Assembly: GCA_000934665.2 (NCBI GenBank)
Contig: KZ538360.1
Coordinates: 59,614-79,613, forward strand
Direction: 5' to 3'
Length of the DNA stretch: 20,000 bases
Origin: Catajapyx aquilonaris
Lineage: Eukaryota
Numbering within the stretch: position 1 is the first letter of the stretch; each line of letters starts with the position of its first letter. Shown here one piece after another: positions 1 to 9,986 of the stretch. The notes under the pieces were generated by a model. It was not told the DNA's origin, ran no database searches, and saw nothing but the letters and a program-made list of their open reading frames with translations. The position numbers were made by a program, and so were the translations under genes.

Positions 1-122
1 ACGGTATCAAATATTATAATATGTAAAATATTTTCAAATAGACTACTCGTACAATAATTTAAAGGTTTAAATAAAATGAATTAAAAATTAAATTGGCATA
101 AGATTGCACAAATTGACATATA

Positions 123-332
123 CAGGGTGGACCAACTTCAAGTGTCGTTTTATAACGGTGATTTTGCGATGACGTCATCGAAAATATTAGCTGCCGATAG
201 GGCAGCCAATTGGCAGCTAATATTTTCGATGGCGCCGAAGTGGGCCATGTTACACGTCGCTGCTACGTCAATCGTAAAGCGCTTCTATTAATAGCCGTTT
301 TATAAAACGACACTTGAAGTTGGTCCACCCTG
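123..332. mobile_element. Tc1/mariner-type MITE (210 bp), CAGGGTG termini, TA target-site duplication
   Basis: Perfect 33-bp terminal inverted repeat (123-155 CAGGGTGGACCAACTTCAAGTGTCGTTTTATAA vs 300-332), TA on both sides (121-122, 333-334), no coding capacity. Also an internal perfect 20-bp inverted repeat, 176-195/212-231. Confidence 0.88.
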
Positions 333-1050
333 TATTTTAAACACAGTAAATATTCAATGAAGTCATTTTAAATGCACAATGTTTTAAAATAATATATTAC
401 TGAAGAAAATATTATGAAATAAAATATTTTAATTATTAAAATTAGTTTAATTACAGTGAAATGTTCTTAAAGAAAACATAAAATAAAATAACTTGGAGAA
501 CTCTCTCCTGCGTATGCGCCGTGAGATATCATTAGTGTAGGTTCTAGCAGCGCCTGTGCATTGTATAGTTCCTCACTACCAAGGCTACATAACTATGTGT
601 CTAAAAGAACACCTTAAATCAAGTCGGCAGTTCTTAAAAACACCCTTTCTCCCACCAAAAAATGCCAAGAAAAAAAACCTCTTTAAGGTGATTATAATAT
701 GCAGATTGGGCAAGAACACAAGCAAAGGTGTCTAACTAATAACCGGGCATGATGGTCACGATCCCCTTCCATTCACCCCAAAACGCTTTTGGTGTCACAC
801 CGAATTTCGAGACCCGTCACTAAATAGAAAGCGTTACAAGAGGGACCCCGCCTTAGCCGAGCTGCTAAAAAGTATAAAAACTCTCCACTAATTTTTTGGG
901 AATGGCCCCAACCTCCCATATTGCAAGACGGGTCGAAGCCACTTCGAAAATAAATTAATTGTCATCCCCAATCACATAAAACTAATGTAATGGGCAATTT
1001 AACGGGTTCGTTACACGACGTTAGGCACTTGTAATCCTCCTAGAAGGCGG

Positions 1051-1117
1051 NNNNNNNNNNNNNNNNNNNNNNNNNNNNNNNNNNNNNNNNNNNNNNNNNN
1101 NNNNNNNNNNNNNNNNN
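1051..1117. other. Assembly gap (67 N) followed by a poly-G run
   Basis: Run of N in the sequence; a further single N lies inside poly-C at 18419. Confidence 0.99.
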
Positions 1118-2428
1118 GGGGGGGGGGGCAGAAAAGCCATGTCTTTACCAGTGGATTTCAATATTGAAGCTTTTTTGAGAATGCACTGTTAGCGATTTAA
1201 GCTATAAGTGATAGCAAAAATTTCAATAATAGTACACGCCAAAAAAGTTGCGGACATGCAGCAACCGTCAGCACTCTAGAAAGGTGACTATTTTACAACG
1301 CCCAATTTAATTTCCAGTCTATTTAAATACTTATTTTAGTAATATGAGCTAACGGAGAAGTTCAATGATAATGTCCCATGAATACCATATTGCAGTGCGG
1401 CGGGTTACTTTCAATCCTGGACGTTCATCATTTTGCATGGGTTATTTTGGCTCCTCCCAAAACTTTGAATGTCACTGGTGCATAGATTTCCCCCCACTTT
1501 GAGTGAGAGAGAATCGCATCCAATTTTATTCACGATTAATTTCACTCGTTGATGAGACCTTTTTAAACGTTACAAAATACACATCACATGCATCGAGCCC
1601 ACGTTTCCAATTCCCATGTTAATGGCGGCAGTATATAGTAATGTCCGGTTAGAGCTAGAGGGGGACACACTAAAAAAAACGATAGTGTGTGTGTGGGGTT
1701 GGGTGGGGTGGTCCTCCATTACCAGGCAAAGATTAACGTTATGTACGCTAAAATAAGTTACGAGTCGGGAAATGAAATGACATTAGGATGTAATCGCATA
1801 AGCAGAATCTTCCGCCAGAACGGGCAGCCGCTATTTATGCATGGAAGCCGCAGAATTAGGCCTAATATAATTTCACCTGCGGCAAATGCATGTGCGTGCA
1901 AACCTACGAGGAGTGGAAAAAAAACTGGCCATTTTGATATTGCGAAATATTTTTGACGCACCCTGTGAAATCTACTAATGAGGAAATCACCTGCTACAAG
2001 CTGTAACTGGACACAAAAAAGGTGCGACAGGAATGTTGCCGATTTGGGTACCGGCGACAAGACGGCATCAATCATTTCAACTCCACGTGGTATCGATTCA
2101 CCCGTGCAACACAAGGTCTGTTTCAAATTAGCAATCCTTTTCTCCTTTTTTTTTGCTTTTTTACGTATTCCAGAACCTAGTAAAAAAAAGGGGGCGACAG
2201 TTTTGTCCCCTTCGCGACAGATGACACCCGTAGCCGCCAAATTAGTTCAGCCAACATCTTTATTAGGGCTTGGTTAAGGGGGTCCCACAACGTCGTCCCC
2301 CTCCAAAAAATCCCTCTCACGCTATGCCTGGAATGCCGACAACACACGGGGACAAGAATTTCGTCGCACACACCCCCTTAGTACCGCCTTTAAAAGAAAT
2401 GTAAGACATGATTCTCCTGTTGGGCCTA

Positions 2429-2532
2429 CAGGGTGTTCAAACACACAAGGCTTAGGACTACATCTGCAGGTAAAGTTTTGAAAGCAACTGTGTCCAAACT
2501 AACCCTTGCGCTTGGGTTAGTTCACCACCCTG
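2429..2532. mobile_element. Very short or degenerate Tc1/mariner-type MITE (104 bp)
   Basis: TACAGGGTG at 2427-2435 and its reverse complement CACCCTGTA at 2526-2534, the same end motif as the 123-332 element. Complementarity decays after 7 bp plus TA. Internal 9-bp hairpin 2497-2505/2514-2522. Confidence 0.5.
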
Positions 2533-4165
2533 TATAATGAACTCGCACCTACCCTCCTCTTAATGAGCGAGAGTGTAATGAACGAGGACGTAATCATCTG
2601 CAGAAACAAGAGCCATATTGGATAGCCCCTTGCTGGTAACGGCCGGCGGCCATGTTTGGTAGGATCGGCAGGGTGGCCGAGTGCAGCAAAGAATGTTGCC
2701 AGACGCTTTTATTGAAAATGCCAGGGAAAAAACCCCCCAACACTTCAAACGATCCGGGGTTTGGTCATTAGCCCCGGAGTTTTTCTCCGGTGAACAAACA
2801 CAATTTTAGCTGGCGATACGGCTCCAAGGAGATTGAAAAAAAAGGCGACAAAATGACATGCAGTTTTCCTTTGTTGTTTCAATTGCCGGTTGGCTTGATA
2901 AGCAATGGCGGTGCTTGAACATGCCTCTGGAAAAAAAAAAGATGGAGGCGATAACTGTTCAATCAGTATTCTTTTGGGAGCTGAGGTTTGATATGAAAAT
3001 TGGTAGGGACTCTTCCGACGGGCCGTCACGCTGGATGACAATAGAGCTCCATTTGCATAGTTGGCTCTATTCGGGGGGGACAAGGGGTGACATAATAAGG
3101 CCATGCAGAAGGTGCGGTCATCCTCTTTTTGGGTTTTGGAAGAGTGGTGCTAGCTAGGGGCGACAAACCGCTGCTTTTCCAATTTTCGCTCCCTGCCGCC
3201 CCGGGGCCGGGCTTTTTATCTGGGGCCACATGCGAAAACTTCCCCGGGGCCTTCACAAACACAAGGCTTGCCATCATCAAGCTTCAACGGCCGCCTTTTC
3301 CCCGGCCCATTCTCACACCTTCTGTCACAGGAAATGAAATTAAATAAATCACACGTCCTTTACAGAGAGAGGCAAGGAGTATGAATAAGTCATGTGTGGA
3401 GGAGACAAGAGTTAAAGCAACAACAACAGCAACAACAAAAAAGTGTTCTCATCAGAAGGACCTGACTTAAAGGTGTGGATTGCACCATGGCCTCAATCTT
3501 GATTTACGATCCAGCGAATTAAAATAATGGACCCTTGGGCCATTCGTGAACTCTGAATTACTTCTGCTCAATTTGAATGGCTTTCCACACTTTTGAGTCA
3601 AGTTGACTCGATCAGTCGATTCGTCAAGTGGTTGGAACAATTGAATAGTGAATAAAAATGTCTTAATTAAGCAATTAATTTTGATGCAAAAATTTCTATG
3701 ACATACTGAGTTGTTACGTAAGTTGAAACAGATTCGCCTTAAGCAACTGGGCGATATTCAGCTCCAAAATAATTCCAGAGAATAAGGAAACCAGAGCACC
3801 CTCCTCGGGGGAAGGGACAATTTTCCTCCAGTTTTGTGGAGGAAAACGCTTAGTTTAAATGGGATAACGACGTTGTTACAGAAATGACCAGTTTTGGGCC
3901 AGGATCCAGAAAAGCCTTCAATTACAGACATCGTTTCCGTTCCTTCAAATGGTCGCACCTTTCAAACGAGGGATACACCTGGCCCAGGCCGGTACCACCT
4001 GTTCCGTTTATGGCGTTTCAGTCAGGTAATCCAAACACAGGGTGGACCGAAACTCACTTTTGCAACATCATTACAGTATAAACCAATAATATTACAGGAC
4101 ACAGTAACTGCGTGTCCGGAGGCCCCTACATCTGTCATCAGAAGGTCGAACTCTGGGTTGTAAGC

Positions 4166-4177
4166 GGCGCCATCTAC
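4166..4177 (-). promoter_or_regulatory. Candidate CTCF-type insulator site
   Basis: Minus strand reads GTAGATGGCGCC, matching the insect CTCF core YAGRTGGCGC. Motif match only. Confidence 0.3.
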
Positions 4178-5045
4178 TAGTGTAAATAGTATCCAACGCA
4201 ATCAGACATGCAATGTTTTCTTTCGATTATAGGGACCGAAACACGCCCCTTGGACTTATTGCATATGCAGTGCGGCTCGTAAAACTGCTCGAGTAAAGAA
4301 TAAGGAATACAGAGGAGGGAAAGGAATTAACAATTCTAAGAAACAGGTTTGCACTCGGTGTAAAAATCTGCCTAGGGTGATTCATTAGCTTTGCACTTGA
4401 TGTTTCATCACCATTACGTTTCATGTTATGGCGACCAAAAAAAATGTCTACGGATAGATATTGACTCGACGAAAATATTTCAACTAGTTAGCTGCAGCAA
4501 CGGTACTTTTGTTATCATAACTGCCAGTAGATGATGATTAATAAGACTGGGCGCATTCCGTACGAGGCAATAGTCATGACTACCGTACACCACGGACATG
4601 ATGCAAAATAAATTGCCACCGAAATATTTTTAATGTCCGCTTTTTTGCACACTTGTAAGGTGGCAAAACGACTTCACATGCGCTGCAAAAGCTGTGAGAC
4701 CGGCTCCTTTCACGATTAATATTTCATGTCTATAGAACGCAGTAAAGTGGGTAATTGATAGACCATAAAATCTTGAATTACAGTAGCCTGGGTTTCTTTT
4801 AACACTCCCATGACACTTCTAGCCAGCCTCACCTCAGTTCCAATATATTAATAGATACAAGAGCCGGACTTATAAGACCTCGCTCTGCCAGTGGTGGTTG
4901 GTGGTGCCTTCAAAATGGACTCTAAATCACGATGCTGGGGCTGGAGAGACACTTTGATCCGGGAACGACGTAAATTCTGCTATCGCTCTCAAACGACTCG
5001 CAAGTTGGCTCCGGTCACCATAAATGGTATTTCCGAGAGACTAAC

Positions 5046-5282
5046 CCATCCCAAAAGGTCCTCTCTCTCTTCCTCCAGACTTGTCACCAAAAGGACTTGC
5101 TGTACATGTATATGATAGATGCGATTTTCTTCTTCCGGGATGTTTGTATGGTGAAAGGAAGCGGTGTATCAAACGGTTATGGGAAACGGCCGGTGTGTCA
5201 CCAAAGCGTCGTAAGATCTTGCTCTTAGTTCTAAAGCATCTCTATGAGCATATTTGGGTCCATACACCCACGTGCCAACACA
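5046..5282 (-). other. Candidate spliced exon (237 nt) of an unidentified minus-strand transcript
   Basis: Minus-strand acceptor GACCTTTTCAG| immediately before 5282 and donor TGG|GTTAGT after 5046. All three frames contain a stop, and I recognise no homology. Confidence 0.25.
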
Positions 5283-5782
5283 CTGAAAAGGTCACAATTT
5301 TTTCCCCCCACATCTCAAAAGCGATATTTAGCCGTCGCACCGTCGCACACACACACATCGCTATTAAATCCTCGTTATCCCTGATCCCCGGCCGTATACT
5401 TTTCTCGTCACCGCGCAACACGCTGTAATTTTCCCTGTAAACACACCGCCCCCCTATAGGCGTATAATTCTCGGGCACATCTCCCAGTGTCGTTAATCCT
5501 CATTATCAGAGTGCATCCACTTGCAACACAGCCTGGCCCACGACGATCATCCATCAATCATACGGAGGGTCTGCACCCCCCATGTATACACCAGGTAACT
5601 CCTCTCGACCCCCAAACTCAAAGTGTCTTCGGTCATTAGGAACTTGCATTTACCGCCATTAATTATGGTCAAAAAAATGTCAAGCACCGCAATCTAGCGG
5701 CTGTAAGCATAAACGCCAACGAAAATCGATACATCGGATACGATATTTATCGAAATATATTTCACAGGTACTGGAAGAACTG

Positions 5783-5861
5783 TACTCAAATTTGACAATT
5801 TCAATGTACAGTTCGGCCAAAGTTTGGCCGAACTGTACATTGAAATTGTCAAATTTGAGTA
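5783..5861. repeat. Perfect 79-bp palindrome (39-bp arms, 1-nt spacer), probably transposon-derived
   Basis: 5783-5821 TACTCAAATTTGACAATTTCAATGTACAGTTCGGCCAAA, G at 5822, exact reverse complement at 5823-5861. Begins and ends with TA. Confidence 0.95.
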
Positions 5862-8214
5862 AAATACTGAATATTTTACGTAAAATTTATATTGCCAGTG
5901 CATCCTAGTGGCTGGATGAGAAAACTGGTGGGAAATGCCTGTAAACTTTTCTGGTTCGGCAGTAAAGCAACGGTGGAAGGTAGTCTGAAGTGCCCTGCCC
6001 ACTGCCTGGGTGACTAAGTGGAAGGCTATGGGCCTCGACATCTTCACCAAACATCCCAGCATGCAATGAGGGGGGCTTGCCTTTTAAAAGCCAACCTCCA
6101 CCCAGAAGAAGCCACCCCTCGTTTCTACGCCACCTAAACTCATCTCCTAAAACTTGGTCCCCCCCCCCCCTCCTACCTCCCATCGCTTTTTAGGAGAAAA
6201 GGTGCTGAAGCAACTTAATGTGGATGGCATCCCCCCCCTAACGAGTCTGCAAAGTTTTCGGGATGTCCTTTCCTTTTGTTGGGAGACTTGACAAAGTGTG
6301 TAACAACATGAGCAATGATTAAAGCAGGTGCTGTCCTACCATCCAAAAAAAAGTTATAATAAAAATAAACATTTTCTAAAATTGTTGGAGAGAGTGAAAA
6401 GTTTTGGGGCGTCTGTACATTTTCTGAAATCTGAGACGGTCCAATTAGTGGCTCAGACAAGGCTGTTTCTGTCTGACGTAACGGAGTGTAACTCGGGGTG
6501 TAACTACTGTCCAAATTGATGTTTTTTTCGACACATCAACTTCTCAAGTTACACTAACAGCAACATGTTAGTTAGTAAATTGGGAAAAATATTTTTGCTG
6601 AATTGCTACCACATATTTTTTTTTTATTCTTCCTCCCTGCCGGCCCGCGAAAAAGGAATAGTGTGGAATCGCTACGCTCCCAATGTTAATTTCCCGACTT
6701 CATAACTCGCGATCGGGTTAATCGATTTCAAATCGGAAACAAGATTTACACTCCGCTCACTCCAGTTTTTCATATGACATAACCGCGTCTGGACCACGCG
6801 TCACCACCAGTGTTTTCTCCTTGTTGAAAGGGGGTTAACCCGGGCGCAAATAATCTGCTTTTCTCGGTTGGCATCCACCAATGATGGCCTCCGTTTCCTT
6901 TCCGTCACCTCCGCCTTTCCGCCCATTTTCCAATCCAATTACCCCCCTTCGAGCTAACGAGCCTCATCTGGTGTTAACACCCCCTCCATTTTCCACATGC
7001 CCTCACCATCTGCGAAACACATGGGGTGTTGACTTACACCCAATATTCCTCTCCAACAACCCACGCATCTTCTTCTTTAACTTCCTTCTTCTTCCAGGGT
7101 TATTTTATGGGTCTTCAACCCTGCCAAGTGAAGACAGTCGCCTCGACGGGATACCACAGGCTTTTTCTAGGACTGCTATCATCGTCGGACTGCCCGCCGG
7201 GCGAGGCCCAAAAAACCGCAGGTGGGGACACGCCCCTTGGTACACCGCGACCTCCCGTCGATCATTGTTGCCAGGTTGAGAGAGAATTGTATCATGCTCA
7301 ACATGGAAATACTTCGAAAGGGCAAAGCTGTCGCCATAAATAAAAAAGCCAGGGGCTGACATGCAGATTTACGCTTTTTTAGACCCATTCATGGGGGCAA
7401 TAACTTAGAGGTGCGTAGGTGCGAATTGGGGTGGCCATTGTTGCCAGGTCAGTGGCATATCTTGCTGAGGAGAGGCCAATATGCTTCGAAATGAATTGTG
7501 GCCAACTAATCACAATGAAGTTCGTGAGAGTCGAATATTAAATAAATAAATAATCTGGGGGCACACACTGCAGTTTAGTTAGCAAAATAGACATTGTGAA
7601 TATTACCTCTGCAGCTTTCACATAAAAAAGTGGGTGCAATTTCAACTTTACCTACAACCTTATCACAGCCCCCACAAAATTGCCTCGCAAAAGGGGTGCA
7701 CCATACTCCATGGTCTGCACAGGACTATATAGTCTACGTGTACAGGCTTCAACCCCATAGCCTTCATTATTTCGAAGATTAAGGCCACTAATGCCTTTTG
7801 TTTGGGCCTAACGGAAACTGCTCTTCCGTTGATAAATATTGCAAAGTGAGCTTACGGTTCTTTATCAGAAGAGGGCCTCCGATAAGACAACAACACAGGG
7901 TTATGGAATTGTAATCCGGCTTTAATGATGCGGTCTTCCCAGTTAGTAAGATTTTAGCAAAATACCGAGCCAGTCTATGTCGCGGATTGTATGCCGAATG
8001 CATTAAAGCAATTGCCTGAGTCTACTTCAAGTTGGAGGATTACGACCATTTTTACTGCTCGCGTGCCTCTCAAAGTACAAAAGGTTATCAGTTTATGAAT
8101 CACCTGATGCGGGGCAACAAAGGGAAGTTCATATAATAAGAGAAATGTACTGAAATATTGAGGTACAGTACAAGTTTTGCTATTACCACAACCTAACCAG
8201 TGAAAGAGGCAGTG

Positions 8215-8384
8215 ATCATTTATTATATATGTTATAAATTTATTTAATATCATTTATTATACGTTATAAATTTATTTAATATCATTTATTATACGTTATA
8301 AATTTATTTAATATCATTTATTATACGTCATAAATTTATTTAATATCATTTATTATGTTATAAATGTATTTAATATCATTTATT
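8215..8384. repeat. AT-rich minisatellite, about 32-bp unit, about 5.3 copies
   Basis: Unit ATCATTTATTATACGTTATAAATTTATTTAAT starting at 8215, 8249, 8281, 8313, 8345 and 8375 (partial). Confidence 0.95.
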
Positions 8385-9079
8385 CCTGGTTTATTACACA
8401 ATTTATATATTAATTATTTTATTATTAATTATGATATTGGTTGTTATTATATTATATATAGCCTCTACCAGCTATTATATTCCATATAGTGATTTACAGG
8501 ACATTTCCAAAATTTATTATTATAATTTTTATATTAACAAAATTCGGGCGACTGTACTATTCGGATCATGTATAAAACGGTAAGTTTCCGGAGTAGACAT
8601 AGGTATATTTATCGCAAAAAAAAAAAAAATCCGGCCCAAAAGCGCGGGAAACTCGACCAATCCTGGAAAGACCCCAAAAAAAATAACTGCAAACAAACAA
8701 CTTTTCCTCCTCCTTAAAAATAAAATAAATCGAACCCGTTCGATTTTCAATTTGTCACCATCAAACGTCCCTCCGAACGAATTGAAGTTTCTCCAAATCC
8801 AAAGTGAAGAACCACCAATCAAAAAGATCCGAAGTGGCAGCCATGTGGACCAGCTGGAGGTATTTTTTTTTCCTATCCTATTTCTGACAGTTCATTTGTC
8901 AACTAATACAGCTCCCCGTCATTTCCGCCACTGTTGCCAAACCCGCACAGAATTAAATTAGTGATTGTGTTTATTTCCAACCCTGACCGGATTACGCTAA
9001 TGACGGTTTTGAGACGCGGTTTCTAATGATTCCGAGCGCGTTTCGGGCGTGGTCTGTCATGTGCCTGAGTGTTATAAGG

Positions 9080-9089
9080 TATATAAAAA
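9080..9089 (+). promoter_or_regulatory. TATA box upstream of the GC-rich leader and tRNA
   Basis: TATATAAAAA (preceded by TTATAA at 9072-9077) inside otherwise GC-rich sequence, about 100 bp before the mature tRNA. Confidence 0.45.
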
Positions 9090-9178
9090 GAGAGGAGGGC
9101 GCGTCGGCGTGGCGCGGCGGCGTATTGATCGCGGCCTGGGCTTATGAGGCCCTCCGGAGACGGCCTCCACACTAGGAC

Positions 9179-9250
9179 GGGGATGTAGCTCAGTGGTAGA
9201 GCGCTCGCTTCGCATGTGAGAAGTCCCGGGTTCGAACCCCGGCATCTCCA
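9179..9250 (+). tRNA. tRNA-Ala-CGC: tRNA-Ala, anticodon CGC, intronless, 72 nt
   Basis: Full cloverleaf: acceptor stem GGGGATG/CATCTCC with the G3:U70 alanine identity pair, discriminator A, anticodon arm CTCGC-TT-CGC-AT-GTGAG (CGC at 9211-9213), T arm CCGGG-TTCGAAC-CCCGG. A box TAGCTCAGTGG at 9186-9196, B box GGTTCGAACC at 9229-9238. Confidence 0.98.
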
Positions 9251-9256
9251 CCATGC

Positions 9257-9266
9257 TTTTTTTTTT
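9257..9266 (+). terminator. RNA polymerase III terminator (T10)
   Basis: Ten consecutive T starting 7 nt after the tRNA discriminator base. Confidence 0.9.
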
Positions 9267-9305
9267 CTGTTTTTATCGCTTGGTCATTGGCCAACGAGGT
9301 CACCG

Positions 9306-9321
9306 GTGACGTCATTTCCGC
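9306..9321 (-). promoter_or_regulatory. Composite ETS-CRE-like motif
   Basis: Minus strand GCGGAAATGACGTCAC contains a full CRE (TGACGTCA) overlapping an ETS-like CGGAAAT. The 12-mer CGTCATTTCCGC recurs at 8917-8928. Confidence 0.4.
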
Positions 9322-9435
9322 TTTTGAGCCCGGATTTTTAATTTTAAACGTTAAAAAACCACGTCATATGTGGGAACGGATAACAGCAGCTGTGCTACTG
9401 TGGTCGGTTGTAGAGAGCAATAGCTATCAATATTA

Positions 9436-9986
9436 GCATTTAAAAATTCAAGTTGGCGGTAGATTCGCGGAATTTAGCAGCTGGGCTGTTCGGTGGTCGG
9501 TGCAAAAGTATTAGTTATTATTGCGGCACTAAACTGTTTTTAAAGCACTTGCAAATATTAGCCTGAATGGTTTAGAGTGGGCTTGGTTTCGGGCAATATA
9601 CAAGGTGCAACAGATAATTTCTGTCTGTCTAGTACAGGGTGTTTATAATGTCACTGTACTGCATAAATCGAGCTACTTGTAATTCCACGCATTAAAAAAT
9701 AACATTTGGCGGTATATTGGCGATATTTAGCAGCTGTGCTATTCGGTGATCCGTGCAAAGTATTACCGTATGTAATTATTAATACGACACTAAACTTTTT
9801 TTTAAAAAAGAAAAAAAAAGGAAAGCGAATATTAGCCTGAATGGTTTAGCGTGAATAAAAGATGGGCTCGGCTTGGTTTCGAGCAATACAGGGTGCACCC
9901 AAAAATTTACACATAATTTATGTCTGTCTGGTACAAGGTGTTCCGTAATAATGTCACTGTACTTCATAAGTCAAGCTAATTCCACG
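9436..9986. repeat. Diverged tandem duplication, two copies of about 250-300 bp
   Basis: About 9436-9688 aligns colinearly with about 9689-9986 (shared blocks TTGGCGGTA, ATTTAGCAGCTG, AATATTAGCCTGAATGGTTTAG, GGCTTGGTTTCG, TGTCTGTCT, ATAATGTCACTGTACT, TAATTCCACG). A fragment AGCAGCTGTGCTA also occurs near 9386. Confidence 0.9.

Noticed and set aside
1687..3347. Overlapping 60-160 aa ORFs
   Set aside because: Homopolymer-derived low-complexity translations overlapping in several frames, with no recognisable domains.
6690..6841. Possible piggyBac-like end (GGGGG-TTAA) after a repeat-like stretch
   Set aside because: No matching TTAA-CCC left end or inverted repeat found upstream.
8215..8384. 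32-bp repeats suggestive of a CRISPR array
   Set aside because: Head-to-tail with no unique spacers, eukaryotic context, no cas genes.
9095..9178. Resemblance of the tRNA leader to Y/sbRNA (UGGG..UUAU), 7SK (ATTGATCGC) or a Helitron 3' end (hairpin plus CTAG)
   Set aside because: It lacks the GGUCCG Ro-binding stem and its own terminator, is too short and lacks the paired GAUC of 7SK, and its CTAG is followed by G rather than T with no Helitron body.
9072..9254. 60-aa minus-strand ORF (MVEMPGFEPGTSHMRSERSTTELHP...)
   Set aside because: Antisense translation of the tRNA gene.
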